From Candidatus Pyrohabitans jungbluthii (GTDB lineage: Archaea; Hydrothermarchaeota; Hydrothermarchaeia; Hydrothermarchaeales; BMS3B): a stretch of DNA of 64,000 bases. Shown piece after piece: positions 18,448 to 28,089 of this stretch (position 1 is the stretch's first letter; each line of letters starts with the position of its first letter). The stretch covers positions 22,180-86,179 of the forward strand of contig MTMD02000005.1 in assembly GCA_002010065.2 (NCBI GenBank), written 5' to 3'. The translations under genes and the position numbers were made by a program. Under the pieces are notes generated by a model, which saw nothing but the letters and a program-made list of their open reading frames with translations, made no database searches and was not told the DNA's origin.

Positions 18448-19499
18448 AGCTGGTGGTTATAGGCTCGGGCATCGCTGGCATCGTAGCTGCGCTGAGAGCA
18501 GCATCTCTAAAAAGGGAAGTGCTCCTGGTATCTCAGGGCAAGAGTGCCACTTCTCGTTCGCTGGGCGTGGTGGACGTGCTGGGTTATCTCAATGGAGAGG
18601 AAGTTAAAAGCCCTGAAGAGGGGATAAAGACGCTCGCCGAGACGAAGGAGGAGCATCCATACTCTCTGCTGGGGTTTAAAAAGGTGGCAGAAAGCCTGAA
18701 TTTCTTTAAAAGCATGGCAGAGAAGGCTGGCATTCCCTTCAAAGGCAGTATTGAGAAGAACATCCATGTGGCGACGCAGTTCGGTACCGTCAAGCCTACT
18801 TGCCTCGCCCTAGACGAAGTCTACAATGCCAGGGTTGAGGAGTGGCACACCAGGGCTGTGGCTATCGCCGGGAAGGAGGAGAGGAATTTCAATCCCGGCT
18901 TTGTCGCCGCATCCCTGGCAGAGCTCCTACCGAAGCTTGGAATTGCTCAGCCAGCGAGAATTTCAGGCAGCGAGCATGGCGACCTCGTGATTAAACCTCT
19001 AGAGCAGATTGCACCGGGGGAAAAGGCTTATGCCCTGCCCATTCTGGGAGACGGCAGCTTTATTGCGCAGAGGCTTCTGGAGCATGCTGTAAAGCTCGGG
19101 GTAAAGGTGGTGGAGGACAGGATTGACAGAGCGAGGGTTGAGGGAGGTGAGGTAAAGGAGGTAATGGGAAAAGAGAGCTATAAGGGTGATGCCTTTATTC
19201 TTGCCACCGGTGACTGGGTGGGAGGCGGTCTCTCAGGGTTAAAGGAAAAGGTGTTTGGACTGGAGCTACTCAGGGTTGAGGGGAAGCTTGTAAGGAAGAC
19301 GCCTTTTCCGGAGAAGGGGCACCCTTACTCCAGGGTGGGCGTTAAGGTCGATGAAAGTCTCAGCCCATTTTATAGAGGGGAAAAAATATCCAATTTAAAG
19401 GTGGCAGGTGCGCTGCTGGGAGGCTATGACTACTGCACTGAGAAGAGTGGCTGGGGCGTGGCTATCGCAAGTGCATACGTGGCAGGAGGTATGGAATGA
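18444..19499 (+). CDS. glpB: Anaerobic glycerol-3-phosphate dehydrogenase subunit B-like
   Basis: GSGIAG, HPYS, GTVKPT, LATG, EKSGWGVAI; overlaps glpA stop. Confidence 0.8.
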   Translation: MKLVVIGSGIAGIVAALRAASLKREVLLVSQGKSATSRSLGVVDVLGYLNGEEVKSPEEGIKTLAETKEEHPYSLLGFKKVAESLNFFKSMAEKAGIPFKGSIEKNIHVATQFGTVKPTCLALDEVYNARVEEWHTRAVAIAGKEERNFNPGFVAASLAELLPKLGIAQPARISGSEHGDLVIKPLEQIAPGEKAYALPILGDGSFIAQRLLEHAVKLGVKVVEDRIDRARVEGGEVKEVMGKESYKGDAFILATGDWVGGGLSGLKEKVFGLELLRVEGKLVRKTPFPEKGHPYSRVGVKVDESLSPFYRGEKISNLKVAGALLGGYDYCTEKSGWGVAIASAYVAGGME

Positions 19500-20269
19500 A
19501 GGACTATAAGGGCTACATATTTGACATGGACGGCGTGGTTTATCGAGGAAACACGCTTATTCCGGGGGCGGTGGAGACACTGGAGTCTCTAAAAAGGAGA
19601 GGCAAAAGGCTTGTGTTTGTGAGCAACAACTCCACAAGGGCGAGGGACGACTACGCGGAGAGGATTAGAGAGATGGGGCTGCCCATAGAAATGGATGAAG
19701 TAATCCCGGCCACCTATGCCACAGCTCGCTTTCTTGCAGATAACTATACGGAGAAGAGGATATTCGTGGTGGGTGCCCTGGGGCTGATAAAGGAGCTTCT
19801 CAGGGCAGAGCTTACGTTGGTGGATACCCCTGAAAAGGCGGACATCCTCGTTACAGGCTCAGACCCGGCGATTAACTACCAGAAGCTGAGCCAGGCGACC
19901 TCGCTATTGCTCAAAGGCAAGCTGTGGGTTACTACCAACACTGACAAGCTGTACCCAGCGGAGGATAGGATAATCCCCGGCACTGGCGCGGTGGTGGGGG
20001 CGCTGCAGTACATCACAGGCAGGGCTCCGGATGTGGTAATCGGTAAGCCCTCAAGGCACATAATGGAGCAGGCACTTAAAGCTCTTGGCGTTGAGAGAGA
20101 GGATTGCCTTATGGTTGGGGACATTATTGAGAGCGACGTTCTGGCAGGGAAGAATGCTGGAATAGATACCGCTCTCGTCCTCACAGGGGTAACAAGCCGT
20201 GAGGATGTGGAAAGGTCGGAAATAAAGCCTGATTATGTGCTGAATAGCATAAAAGACCTGGAGGGGTGA
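19496..20269 (+). CDS. HAD-IIA (NagD-like) phosphatase
   Basis: FDMDGV, SNNS, GKPS, MVGD…D, VLTGV. Confidence 0.92.
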   Translation: MKDYKGYIFDMDGVVYRGNTLIPGAVETLESLKRRGKRLVFVSNNSTRARDDYAERIREMGLPIEMDEVIPATYATARFLADNYTEKRIFVVGALGLIKELLRAELTLVDTPEKADILVTGSDPAINYQKLSQATSLLLKGKLWVTTNTDKLYPAEDRIIPGTGAVVGALQYITGRAPDVVIGKPSRHIMEQALKALGVEREDCLMVGDIIESDVLAGKNAGIDTALVLTGVTSREDVERSEIKPDYVLNSIKDLEG

Positions 20270-21501
20270 AGGTGCTAAGGGAGTTTATAGGGGATGAGCT
20301 CATAAAAGCATTGGAAAGGGCAAAAGAAGGGATTTGCTCAGTGGAGTTCAGGGATGTAGTAATTGTACATCACAACGACGCCGACGGGATATGCGCGGGT
20401 ACAATTCTTTACAAATCCTTCTCTGCCTTGGGAATGAAGCCAGGGATGGTGTGCATTGAGAAGGTTCACCCAGCGATAATAGAGAAGATTCACGCCAGGG
20501 AAGATTCCCTTATTGTTTACACAGACCTGGGAGGTTTAGCGGGGGATATAATCAGAGATATGGATGCAGGAAGAAACTTGGTTTTAATTCTAGACCATCA
20601 TCCAGCAAAGGAGGTAAGTGGAGAGAAAATTCTGGTAATAGACTCGGAGCTTTTCGGGGTCAGCGGCGATGTTTTCATCTCAGCCTCCACTCTCACCTAC
20701 CTCTTCTGCAGGTATATTACTGATTCAGAGATAGAGGGCTGCGCCACCCTAGCTGTGGTGGGCTCAGTTGGAGACTACCACGACAGGAGCGGCGGTATTC
20801 TGGGCTATGACCGCTATGCACTGGAGCAGGCTATAGACGCTGGTGAGGCGAAGATTAAGATTGATGACAGCAGGGAGAGGTATTTCCTTAATAAGTTTAA
20901 CGAGTTCGCCGACGTTGTGGCAGACTACCTTACCACCCTTGGCTCAGTTGGATACTATGAGGGAGGCTATAAACTGGGCATGGAGGCAGCTCTGCATGGG
21001 TTTTCAGATGAGGTAATAAAGCGAGCCAACGAGCTGAAAAGGCTGAAAGATGAGAAGTTTAAGCGGAAGATTGAGGAGCTGAAAAATGGGGGAATTCGGA
21101 AGGAAAAGCATGTGCAGTGGTTCCACGTGGGCAGGGATTTCATGCCCATGGGGGTTAAGGTTATAGGGCTTTTCTGCCATGGGATTAAGGATATGAGCTT
21201 TATCGACGAGGATAAGTTTGTAGCAGGTTTTCAGGATTTTATACCAGAGCTGCCAGACTTGGGGAGAATAGACTGGGAGGGTGTGAAGGTTAGCTTCAGG
21301 GCTCCTGCGCCTCTGGAGAGGAAAGTTCTCTCGGGAGAGGTGCCTGGATTAGATATAACCCTGCCCAGAGCTACAGAACGCGTGGGAGGCACAGCCGACG
21401 CAAGCCACCGCATAGCTGCTGCTTCGCTGATAGATAAAGACAGGGAAGAGGAGCTTATCCGCGAGTGGGAGGCGATTATGGAGGAGCTTAGCTCCACCTA
21501 A
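20266..21501 (+). CDS. DHH-family phosphoesterase (RecJ/NrnA-like)
   Basis: HHNDADG, DLG, LDHH, GSVGD motifs. Confidence 0.8.
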   Translation: MKVLREFIGDELIKALERAKEGICSVEFRDVVIVHHNDADGICAGTILYKSFSALGMKPGMVCIEKVHPAIIEKIHAREDSLIVYTDLGGLAGDIIRDMDAGRNLVLILDHHPAKEVSGEKILVIDSELFGVSGDVFISASTLTYLFCRYITDSEIEGCATLAVVGSVGDYHDRSGGILGYDRYALEQAIDAGEAKIKIDDSRERYFLNKFNEFADVVADYLTTLGSVGYYEGGYKLGMEAALHGFSDEVIKRANELKRLKDEKFKRKIEELKNGGIRKEKHVQWFHVGRDFMPMGVKVIGLFCHGIKDMSFIDEDKFVAGFQDFIPELPDLGRIDWEGVKVSFRAPAPLERKVLSGEVPGLDITLPRATERVGGTADASHRIAAASLIDKDREEELIREWEAIMEELSST

Positions 21502-21586
21502 CCCGCCTTCCCTATTCTCAGCGCATCAGTTCACCGCCAAGCTTAGGCCCATGTTGCCAACGGGACGGCTAGCTACATTTTATACT

Positions 21587-22057
21587 TCATTTAATTGCTA
21601 GGCACTTAACCCCCTCTCCGCCGAGCATGAGCTGCCTGAGCTTCTTCTCACAGTAGTCCACCCACGGCGAAAGATGCGCCACCACCACTTCCACATTTTG
21701 GTGGTTTATAGTGCCTTGCTTCTGTCTGTGCAGGCAGGTAAGAAGCTCCTGGTATGCTTTCATTGCAGCCTCAACCTCACCGCACGCTTCGTAGAGGCGA
21801 GCCGCATGCATGTAGCAGTTCGTTGCCAGGTCTACCATGAACATTGCCAGCTCATGACGATGGCTGCGGATATTCTCATAAACCGTGAGGTAGCTGTCGC
21901 CGGCGAGCTGATAAAACACCGCTGCAAGCGCATGCCCTTCCACTTCGCAAGCGCGCTCCATGAAGCTCTTAGCCAGCTCAATCACCGCACCTAAGCCAAG
22001 GCGCATCGCAGCCTCAAGCGCTTCATAGCCTCTTGCCAGTTCCGCGTCTACATCCAT
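21587..22057 (-). CDS. Hypothetical helical (TPR/SNAP-like) protein
   Basis: Ala-rich helical pattern; upstream TATA-like tttaagcc. Confidence 0.5.
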   Translation of the reverse strand: MDVDAELARGYEALEAAMRLGLGAVIELAKSFMERACEVEGHALAAVFYQLAGDSYLTVYENIRSHRHELAMFMVDLATNCYMHAARLYEACGEVEAAMKAYQELLTCLHRQKQGTINHQNVEVVVAHLSPWVDYCEKKLRQLMLGGEGVKCLAIK

Positions 22058-22106
22058 GCCCTCACATCTACCCAAAGGCTTAAATATCTGACGATTCTAT
22101 TAACAT

Positions 22107-22685
22107 ATGTTAACCAAAATGGCAACAATAAAGGACATCTTCGGTGTGCTCAGAAGCAAAACCAGGAGGGAAATCCTCAGGTTACTCCTGAAGAAGGAGA
22201 TGCACCTCTCAGGCATAGCTCGCGAGCTTGGCATCTCAGTACCTCAAGCATCGAAGCACTGCAGGCTGCTGGAGGAGAAGGGTTTAATAGAGCGCAGAAC
22301 CTTCGGCAGGACAAATGTACTAAGAGCGAAGCCAGAGAGAATATACGAGCTTCTAGAGTACTTCGCAGAGGAGGTGAGCGTAGAGGTGCCGGCAGGAACG
22401 AATGTGCTCGACGCTCTGAAGCAGGTGGCAAATGTACAGGTGGAGCGCGTGGGCGCTCGCGGCTTTGTGGTGAGCATAGACGGAGAGGAGGGCTACTACA
22501 TCTATGAGGTCAACGGCAGGCTTCCAGACGTGCCAATGCACGAGTTCACGCTGAGCGAAGATGTCACCGTGGAGCTCAAGAAGATTGTAAACGTGCCAAA
22601 GAAGCGGATGAAAATTAGGGTTAAGAGGGGGTATCCCTCGCCGAGGGAGGGCGTGCTCAAATCACAAGGCTCACATTCTCCTTGA
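22107..22685 (+). CDS. ArsR-family HTH regulator fused to a DUF4430/transcobalamin-C-like beta-grasp domain
   Basis: RREILRLL…LSGIARELGISVPQASKHCRLLEEKGLI; GTNVLDAL…FVVSIDG…YEVNG. Confidence 0.72.
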   Translation: MLTKMATIKDIFGVLRSKTRREILRLLLKKEMHLSGIARELGISVPQASKHCRLLEEKGLIERRTFGRTNVLRAKPERIYELLEYFAEEVSVEVPAGTNVLDALKQVANVQVERVGARGFVVSIDGEEGYYIYEVNGRLPDVPMHEFTLSEDVTVELKKIVNVPKKRMKIRVKRGYPSPREGVLKSQGSHSP

Positions 22686-23097
22686 GGCATTCGAAAACCA
22701 CGCTGGCGCGAACCTCGTTTATGCCTGAGATTCTCGAAATCCTCTTTTCCACTATCTCCTTCAGCTTTGCGATGCTCTCGGTGCGTATCTTTGCAACTAT
22801 GTCGTACTCCCCCAGAGTGGTGTAAACCTCGGTGACGTCTTCCACATCTGCAATCTCCCTTGCTATCGCAGCGCTGTCCGAGATGCTGCATCTTATGTTG
22901 AGTATACAGGTTATTGGCTTGCCCATAGCCTCTTGGCTAATAAGCACTGTGAAAGCCTTAATTGTGCCTTTTTCCAGCTTTTTTATGCGTTTGTGCACAG
23001 CCACGTCGGAAATTTTGGTTTTCTTGGCTATCTCTTTATAAGAGGTGCGGGAGTTCTTCATCAGCATCTCCAGGATTTTCCTATCCACATCATCCAT
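22657..23097 (-). CDS. Lrp/AsnC transcriptional regulator
   Basis: MDDVDRKIL…RIKKLE HTH; TLGEYDIV RAM domain. Confidence 0.92.
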   Translation of the reverse strand: MDDVDRKILEMLMKNSRTSYKEIAKKTKISDVAVHKRIKKLEKGTIKAFTVLISQEAMGKPITCILNIRCSISDSAAIAREIADVEDVTEVYTTLGEYDIVAKIRTESIAKLKEIVEKRISRISGINEVRASVVFECLKENVSLVI

Positions 23098-23289
23098 CGC
23101 TAACACCAGTTTGCGATTCTAACCTCATAGTCTAAGGGGTGAGCGTTTATAGCTATTGAGTTAGTACATATAAATATCTTTTGCTGTATGGTTAAGAAAA
23201 CTCTTTCGAAACATTTATATGCGTTGTAAACCACGTATCTATTAATCTTAAAACCTCTGATAATTAGAAATCCAAATGTGGGGTTGAGC

Positions 23290-25332
23290 ATGGGCGTGAC
23301 AGGTACCCGGATTCGTGTTGTCAAAGCTTCAGGTGAGATGGAGGCATTTGACCCTAACATGGTTACCAACGACTGTGTAGACGCCGGGATAGATTTCTGG
23401 ACCGCTGTGGAAGTGGCCCAGGAGGTTGCCAAGCGAATAAGGGATGGGGTCTCTACCAGAGAGATTCAGCAGGAGACGCTCCGGGTGCTCTATGCAATGA
23501 ATCCAGAAGCTGCGGAGCGCTACAAGCGCTACCACAGCATGTATGTTCGTACATCTCGCAATACCATCGAAGCCTTCGACAGGAAGAAAATTGTGGAGTC
23601 ACTCATCCGCGAGACCTCCCTGCCCAGAGAAATAGCTGAGAACATAGCGAAGGAGGCTGAGGCGGAGCTGCGCAGGCTTAAGCTGGAGTTTATCTCCGCC
23701 CCGTTGATACGCGAGGTGGTGAATGTAAAGCTCCTTGAGCATGGTTTCGAGGAGGCACGAGCTAGCTATACCCGCCTTGGAATGCCTGTCTACGACGCCT
23801 CTCGCTTAGTTGAGGGCGAGGCGAAGAGTGCAGAGGCGGTGCACCGCGCCATGGCTGCCAACGTGCTTAAGGAGTTTGCACTTCTGAAGGTTCTTCCTCT
23901 AACCCTTGCGGACGCTCATATGAAGGGTGACCTTCACATCCACGCCCTTGAGGCTTTCGCAACGAAAGCGAGCGCCTTTGCCCATGACCTCCGCCCCTAC
24001 CTCATCGCTGGCATTAAGGGCGGGAGCAGCGCAACCCCGCCAGCGGAGCATGCGGTAGAGGCGGTGCTCACCGCAATAAACGCGCTCCGCCATGGAGAGG
24101 GGAGCTTTTCAACCTCGCAGTGCCTGGACTACATAAACGTGTGGCTTGCTCCTTATATAAGCGGAATGGGCAGCGCAGAAATAGCGCGAGTCGCCAGAAT
24201 GTTGATTTACGAGGTTTCACAGCTTAGCAATGGGGAGCACGCCTACGAGCTGGGCGTTGAATACGGCATACCCGAGTTTCTTGCCTCTGAGCCAGCGACG
24301 CTTCCTGGTGGTGACGTGGGCGACGCTGTCTATGCAGACTTTGAGGAGGAAGCACGCGCCCTTGCTCTTGCCATTGCAGAAGCCTTCGCATCGGGAGACC
24401 ACTTAGCCAAGCCCTTCCTCTGTCCCAAGGTGTACTTCAGGCTGCGTAAAGAGTATGAGGAAAAAGAAGGCTACGACGCATACCTGCGCGCTGCCCACCT
24501 AGCAGCTTCGAGGGGAGCGAGTCATTGCTTTGCGGCTCCTCACGAAGGAGAGCTTCAGATCGCAAACTACACATTTCCAGGCGAGGAGGTGCTGCACCAG
24601 CTGAGCGCAGGCATGCTCCAGGTGGTCACCCTCAATCTCCCCAGAATAGCCTACCAGAGCGAAGGCAGAGAGAGAAAGCTTTTTGAGCTTCTTGAAGAGA
24701 GGGTAAAGCTTGCCATAGATGCGCTTCTTTTAAAGAAGGAGGTTATAGACCGCCGCGTTATGGCTGGGATGCTGCCCATGCTCTCTGAGAATTATGCTAC
24801 GGCGAGGCTTCTTCTCGGCGTGGGCTACGTTGGGCTGAATGAGATGCTCACCGCTTACCTTGACAAAGAGCTTCACGATGGCGAGGCGGCAAAGCTCGGG
24901 GAGCGCGTGGTGAGGTATATGCACGCCCTTGTGGAGCAGTTCAGCCGAGATACAGGGCTAAGCTTTGTGCTCACACAAGCAATAGACGAGAACCCGGCAA
25001 TGAGGCTGGCGAAGCTCGACCATGGCATGTTTGCGGACAGGCTTATAGCAAGAGGTGATAGGCAGGAGGGGAGCGTTTACTATACCCATGCTTCCTGGGT
25101 AAGAGCAGATGCTGAGCTTCCTATCCACCAGCGGCTGAGTATAGAGGGCGAGTTTCATCCTCTCTGCAAAGGTGGTGCAGTTTCCCGAATACTAATAAGC
25201 GAAGCTTTGCCAGAGGTGACAGCGCTGATGGAGCTTTCGCGGAAAGTAGCGGAGCACACCAAGCTGCGCTTCTGGAGCTATTCCCATGAGGGCGACACGG
25301 GCGCAGGTTGCGGCTCTGCCGCAGGGAGGTGA
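23290..25332 (+). CDS. nrdD: Class III ribonucleotide reductase-like protein, two ATP-cones, catalytic motifs absent
   Basis: ATP-cones, HMKGDLHIH, TLNLPR, VGLNE, YYT; lacks the C-terminal Zn-finger and RxxGY glycyl loop. Confidence 0.75.
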   Translation: MGVTGTRIRVVKASGEMEAFDPNMVTNDCVDAGIDFWTAVEVAQEVAKRIRDGVSTREIQQETLRVLYAMNPEAAERYKRYHSMYVRTSRNTIEAFDRKKIVESLIRETSLPREIAENIAKEAEAELRRLKLEFISAPLIREVVNVKLLEHGFEEARASYTRLGMPVYDASRLVEGEAKSAEAVHRAMAANVLKEFALLKVLPLTLADAHMKGDLHIHALEAFATKASAFAHDLRPYLIAGIKGGSSATPPAEHAVEAVLTAINALRHGEGSFSTSQCLDYINVWLAPYISGMGSAEIARVARMLIYEVSQLSNGEHAYELGVEYGIPEFLASEPATLPGGDVGDAVYADFEEEARALALAIAEAFASGDHLAKPFLCPKVYFRLRKEYEEKEGYDAYLRAAHLAASRGASHCFAAPHEGELQIANYTFPGEEVLHQLSAGMLQVVTLNLPRIAYQSEGRERKLFELLEERVKLAIDALLLKKEVIDRRVMAGMLPMLSENYATARLLLGVGYVGLNEMLTAYLDKELHDGEAAKLGERVVRYMHALVEQFSRDTGLSFVLTQAIDENPAMRLAKLDHGMFADRLIARGDRQEGSVYYTHASWVRADAELPIHQRLSIEGEFHPLCKGGAVSRILISEALPEVTALMELSRKVAEHTKLRFWSYSHEGDTGAGCGSAAGR

Positions 25333-25339
25333 GGGTGAG

Positions 25340-26023
25340 ATGGAACTGGTGTTCTCACACATAGAGCACCTTTCAACCACCGCCTATCCCGGCAAGCCCT
25401 GCACAGTTGTGCACACTCATGGATGCCCCCTGGGGTGCTTCTACTGCGCAGCAGAGGATGCTAATGCTAAGAAGACGGAGACGCAGAAGCTTGTGAAGCT
25501 TTTCGAGGAGGGGAAAGAGCTGATAGATGCTGTAGCTATTGCGGGATGCGAACCTCTTATGCAGTCAGCCTCTTTAGAGCTTGCAGCGCAGCTTAAGGAG
25601 AGGGGGTTTGATATAAAGCTCCACACCACGGGCTACTATCCAAGTGCACTGGAGAGTGTGGTTGAAGAAAGGCTTGCGGATGTCGTGGAGATGGACATAA
25701 AGGCGCCTCTGGATACTGAAAAGTATGCGATGGTAACCGGGAGAGGCGACGCGGTTGACAGGATTTTTCAGTCCCTTGATGTGCTCTCTTCCTCGCAGGT
25801 GCGCTGCCAGGTTACAACAACTCTCGCACCCCCTGTATTCTCCCACGAGGATCTCCCTGAACTTGTTCATGTCCTCTCCTGCTATGGCTTCAAAAAGCTG
25901 AGAGTGAAAAACTACCCTGGCGAAGGAGTGGTAGAACCATGGCTTCTGCATTCGCATGGGGAAGCGCTTCTCAGCAGAGGCGTGGCAGAATGCTTCGCCG
26001 GGAGGTGGTCGGATAGTAATTGA
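25340..26023 (+). CDS. nrdG: NrdG/PFL-AE-like radical SAM activase (divergent)
   Basis: YPGK…GCPLGCFYC, GCEP, MDIKAP; SD before ATG 25340. Confidence 0.78.
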   Translation: MELVFSHIEHLSTTAYPGKPCTVVHTHGCPLGCFYCAAEDANAKKTETQKLVKLFEEGKELIDAVAIAGCEPLMQSASLELAAQLKERGFDIKLHTTGYYPSALESVVEERLADVVEMDIKAPLDTEKYAMVTGRGDAVDRIFQSLDVLSSSQVRCQVTTTLAPPVFSHEDLPELVHVLSCYGFKKLRVKNYPGEGVVEPWLLHSHGEALLSRGVAECFAGRWSDSN

Positions 26024-26339
26024 CATTCTCCTCGATGTCAACATCCCGAAGCGGGTGAAAAAGCTCAACCACGGTACGCGGGTGTTGCACATCGGCGATG
26101 TAGATACCCACATGAGCGACGAGGAAATCCTCCACCTATTAGCCAAGCTGCGCTGCATAATTGTCACCCATGACCGCGAGTTAGCTATGCGAGCGGCGAA
26201 GAAGCACCACGTTCTTTTTATCAAAAATTCCCTCCCGGCGGAAAATATAGTGCGCTGCCTTGAGAAGCACCGCAGGCTTTTGCGCAGGGCGAGCATCTTT
26301 TGCGAGGGGCGCGAGGATTGCGATTCGTGCCCGTCTTAA
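25956..26339 (+). CDS. PIN-like (DUF5615/Mut7-C-like) small protein; true start probably near 26013-26019
   Basis: ILLDVNIP…SDEEIL…IIVTHDREL. Confidence 0.65.
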   Translation: MGKRFSAEAWQNASPGGGRIVIDILLDVNIPKRVKKLNHGTRVLHIGDVDTHMSDEEILHLLAKLRCIIVTHDRELAMRAAKKHHVLFIKNSLPAENIVRCLEKHRRLLRRASIFCEGREDCDSCPS

Positions 26340-26440
26340 AACAATATGTTTCGATTGCAGAGACGCTGCTGAAATATGGTTGTGATGCCAATAGTTACAA
26401 GAAATGAGAAACACTTCAGGTGGATAGAGGAGATCACAGG

Positions 26441-26965
26441 TTATCCAAAAAACCTCTCCTCATACCTCGCCTTCGCCCTTTCAAGCTCTGCAAGTGCCTC
26501 TTCCCGGGGCTGCCAGTCCTCCACCACTATTTCTCTACCCTCCAGCTCCCGGTAGCGGGCGAAGAAGTGCTCCACCTCGCGCAGAAGGTGCGGAGGCACG
26601 TCTTCAAGCTCCGCCATGTGCTGAAGCTGCGGATCCCTAGCCGCCACCCCGAGAAGCTTGGGGTCTCGCCTTCGCTGCGCCTTTACCTCGAGCATTCCCA
26701 GAACCCGAGCCTCCACCACTATCCCAGGATAAAGCGCCTCTTGGCACAGCACCAGGATATCTAAAGGTGAGGAGTCCTCGCACCAGGTGCGAGGGATGAA
26801 GCCGTAGTTCGCTGGCGAAGCGAAAGAAGTGAAGCTCACCCGGGATAGCTTTATAACCCCAAGCTCAAAATCGTACTCGTACTTCGCCTTTGTGCCGCGG
26901 GGCACCTCTATCACAGCGAGCACATCGCCATGCTTTGGCTGCGCTTTAAGATGGAGCAGGTTCAT
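26441..26965 (-). CDS. ppa: Family I inorganic pyrophosphatase (divergent active site)
   Basis: IEVPRG…KYEYD, NYGFIP, DSSPLD (canonical DGDPLD), HFFARY. Confidence 0.82.
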   Translation of the reverse strand: MNLLHLKAQPKHGDVLAVIEVPRGTKAKYEYDFELGVIKLSRVSFTSFASPANYGFIPRTWCEDSSPLDILVLCQEALYPGIVVEARVLGMLEVKAQRRRDPKLLGVAARDPQLQHMAELEDVPPHLLREVEHFFARYRELEGREIVVEDWQPREEALAELERAKARYEERFFG

Positions 26966-26997
26966 TGAATTAGGTAGGTAGCTTTGGTAATATAAAT

Positions 26998-28089
26998 CTA
27001 CTTCGCCACCCCTGTCTTCTCTAGGCATATCTCAAAGTCCTTCTTGCTTGGGTTCTGATCCTCTAAGATGGTGTAGCGTGAGGGTCTTATGTTCTTCGCG
27101 TACATCAGCGCTTCCAGCATCTGCTTCTTTGTGAGACCTATCTCCCTAGCGGTAGTGGGGGCAAGGATCTTCTCTAGGGAGTACTTCAGAAGCTCCCAGT
27201 CACCCTCGCCATAGTAGTGCTGATGCATGTACTCCATAATTATCGTGCCTATCCCCACCTGCTCCCCGTGGGTGCCCCTCCCGTAACCCAAGTAATCTAA
27301 TGCGTGGCTGAACTTGTGGGCAGAGCCGGAGACCGGGCGAGAGGTGCCATACATGTTTATGGCGAGCCCGCCGAGGATAAGCCCCCTCACCAGAAGCTTG
27401 AGATACTTGGCGTCCCTGAAGTCCAGCTCATCTGCGCTCTTAAGCAGAAGCATCGCAGGCATGGAGGAGATACTCGCCACTATTTCGTCGTAGTCCTCGT
27501 CTATCTTCTCCACCCCGAGAAGCCAGTCCTTCACCTCCACCAAATTGGAGATCAAATCCCCATAGCCTGAGCGGAGGAGTCTGACAGGGCTGTTCCTGAT
27601 AATCTCCAGGTCGGCGATAATGGACACAGGAGAGGCGGCTTTGATTGAGATTGGCATCCCTTTCTCCTTGAAGCTCGCCAGGGGTGAAGCTATGCCGTCA
27701 TGGGCGGCGTTGGTGGGAATACTTATAAGCAGAGCGTTTGAGTGGAAGGCCACCACCTTCGCTACGTCAAGCACCTTGCCTCCGCCCACCCCTAATACGG
27801 CGTCATACTCGCCAAGGTCGCCTCTAATCTCCTGCTCAATTTTTTTCGCAGTTACCCTTGAGGCGGTTTTAACAATAAATTTCTTGGATTTACACTCGTC
27901 GCTGGTGCAGATAAGCTCCTCCACCTTCTTACCAGCGATTTCATTTGTCCTGGGTCCAGTTACAATTACCACATTTCTCAAATCATACCTGCCAACCAGC
28001 TTTGAAACATGGTTTAAGGCTTCTCTGTGTATCCTTACATCCACGGGCAGGAGTATCTGCTTGAAGTGTTTCAATATCATGGCCATCAC
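26998..28089 (-). CDS. egsA: sn-glycerol-1-phosphate dehydrogenase
   Basis: GGGKVLDVAK, PTNAAHDGIASP, SRPVSGSAHKFSHALD, HGEQVG, RYTIL. Confidence 0.9.
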   Translation of the reverse strand: MMAMILKHFKQILLPVDVRIHREALNHVSKLVGRYDLRNVVIVTGPRTNEIAGKKVEELICTSDECKSKKFIVKTASRVTAKKIEQEIRGDLGEYDAVLGVGGGKVLDVAKVVAFHSNALLISIPTNAAHDGIASPLASFKEKGMPISIKAASPVSIIADLEIIRNSPVRLLRSGYGDLISNLVEVKDWLLGVEKIDEDYDEIVASISSMPAMLLLKSADELDFRDAKYLKLLVRGLILGGLAINMYGTSRPVSGSAHKFSHALDYLGYGRGTHGEQVGIGTIIMEYMHQHYYGEGDWELLKYSLEKILAPTTAREIGLTKKQMLEALMYAKNIRPSRYTILEDQNPSKKDFEICLEKTGVAK

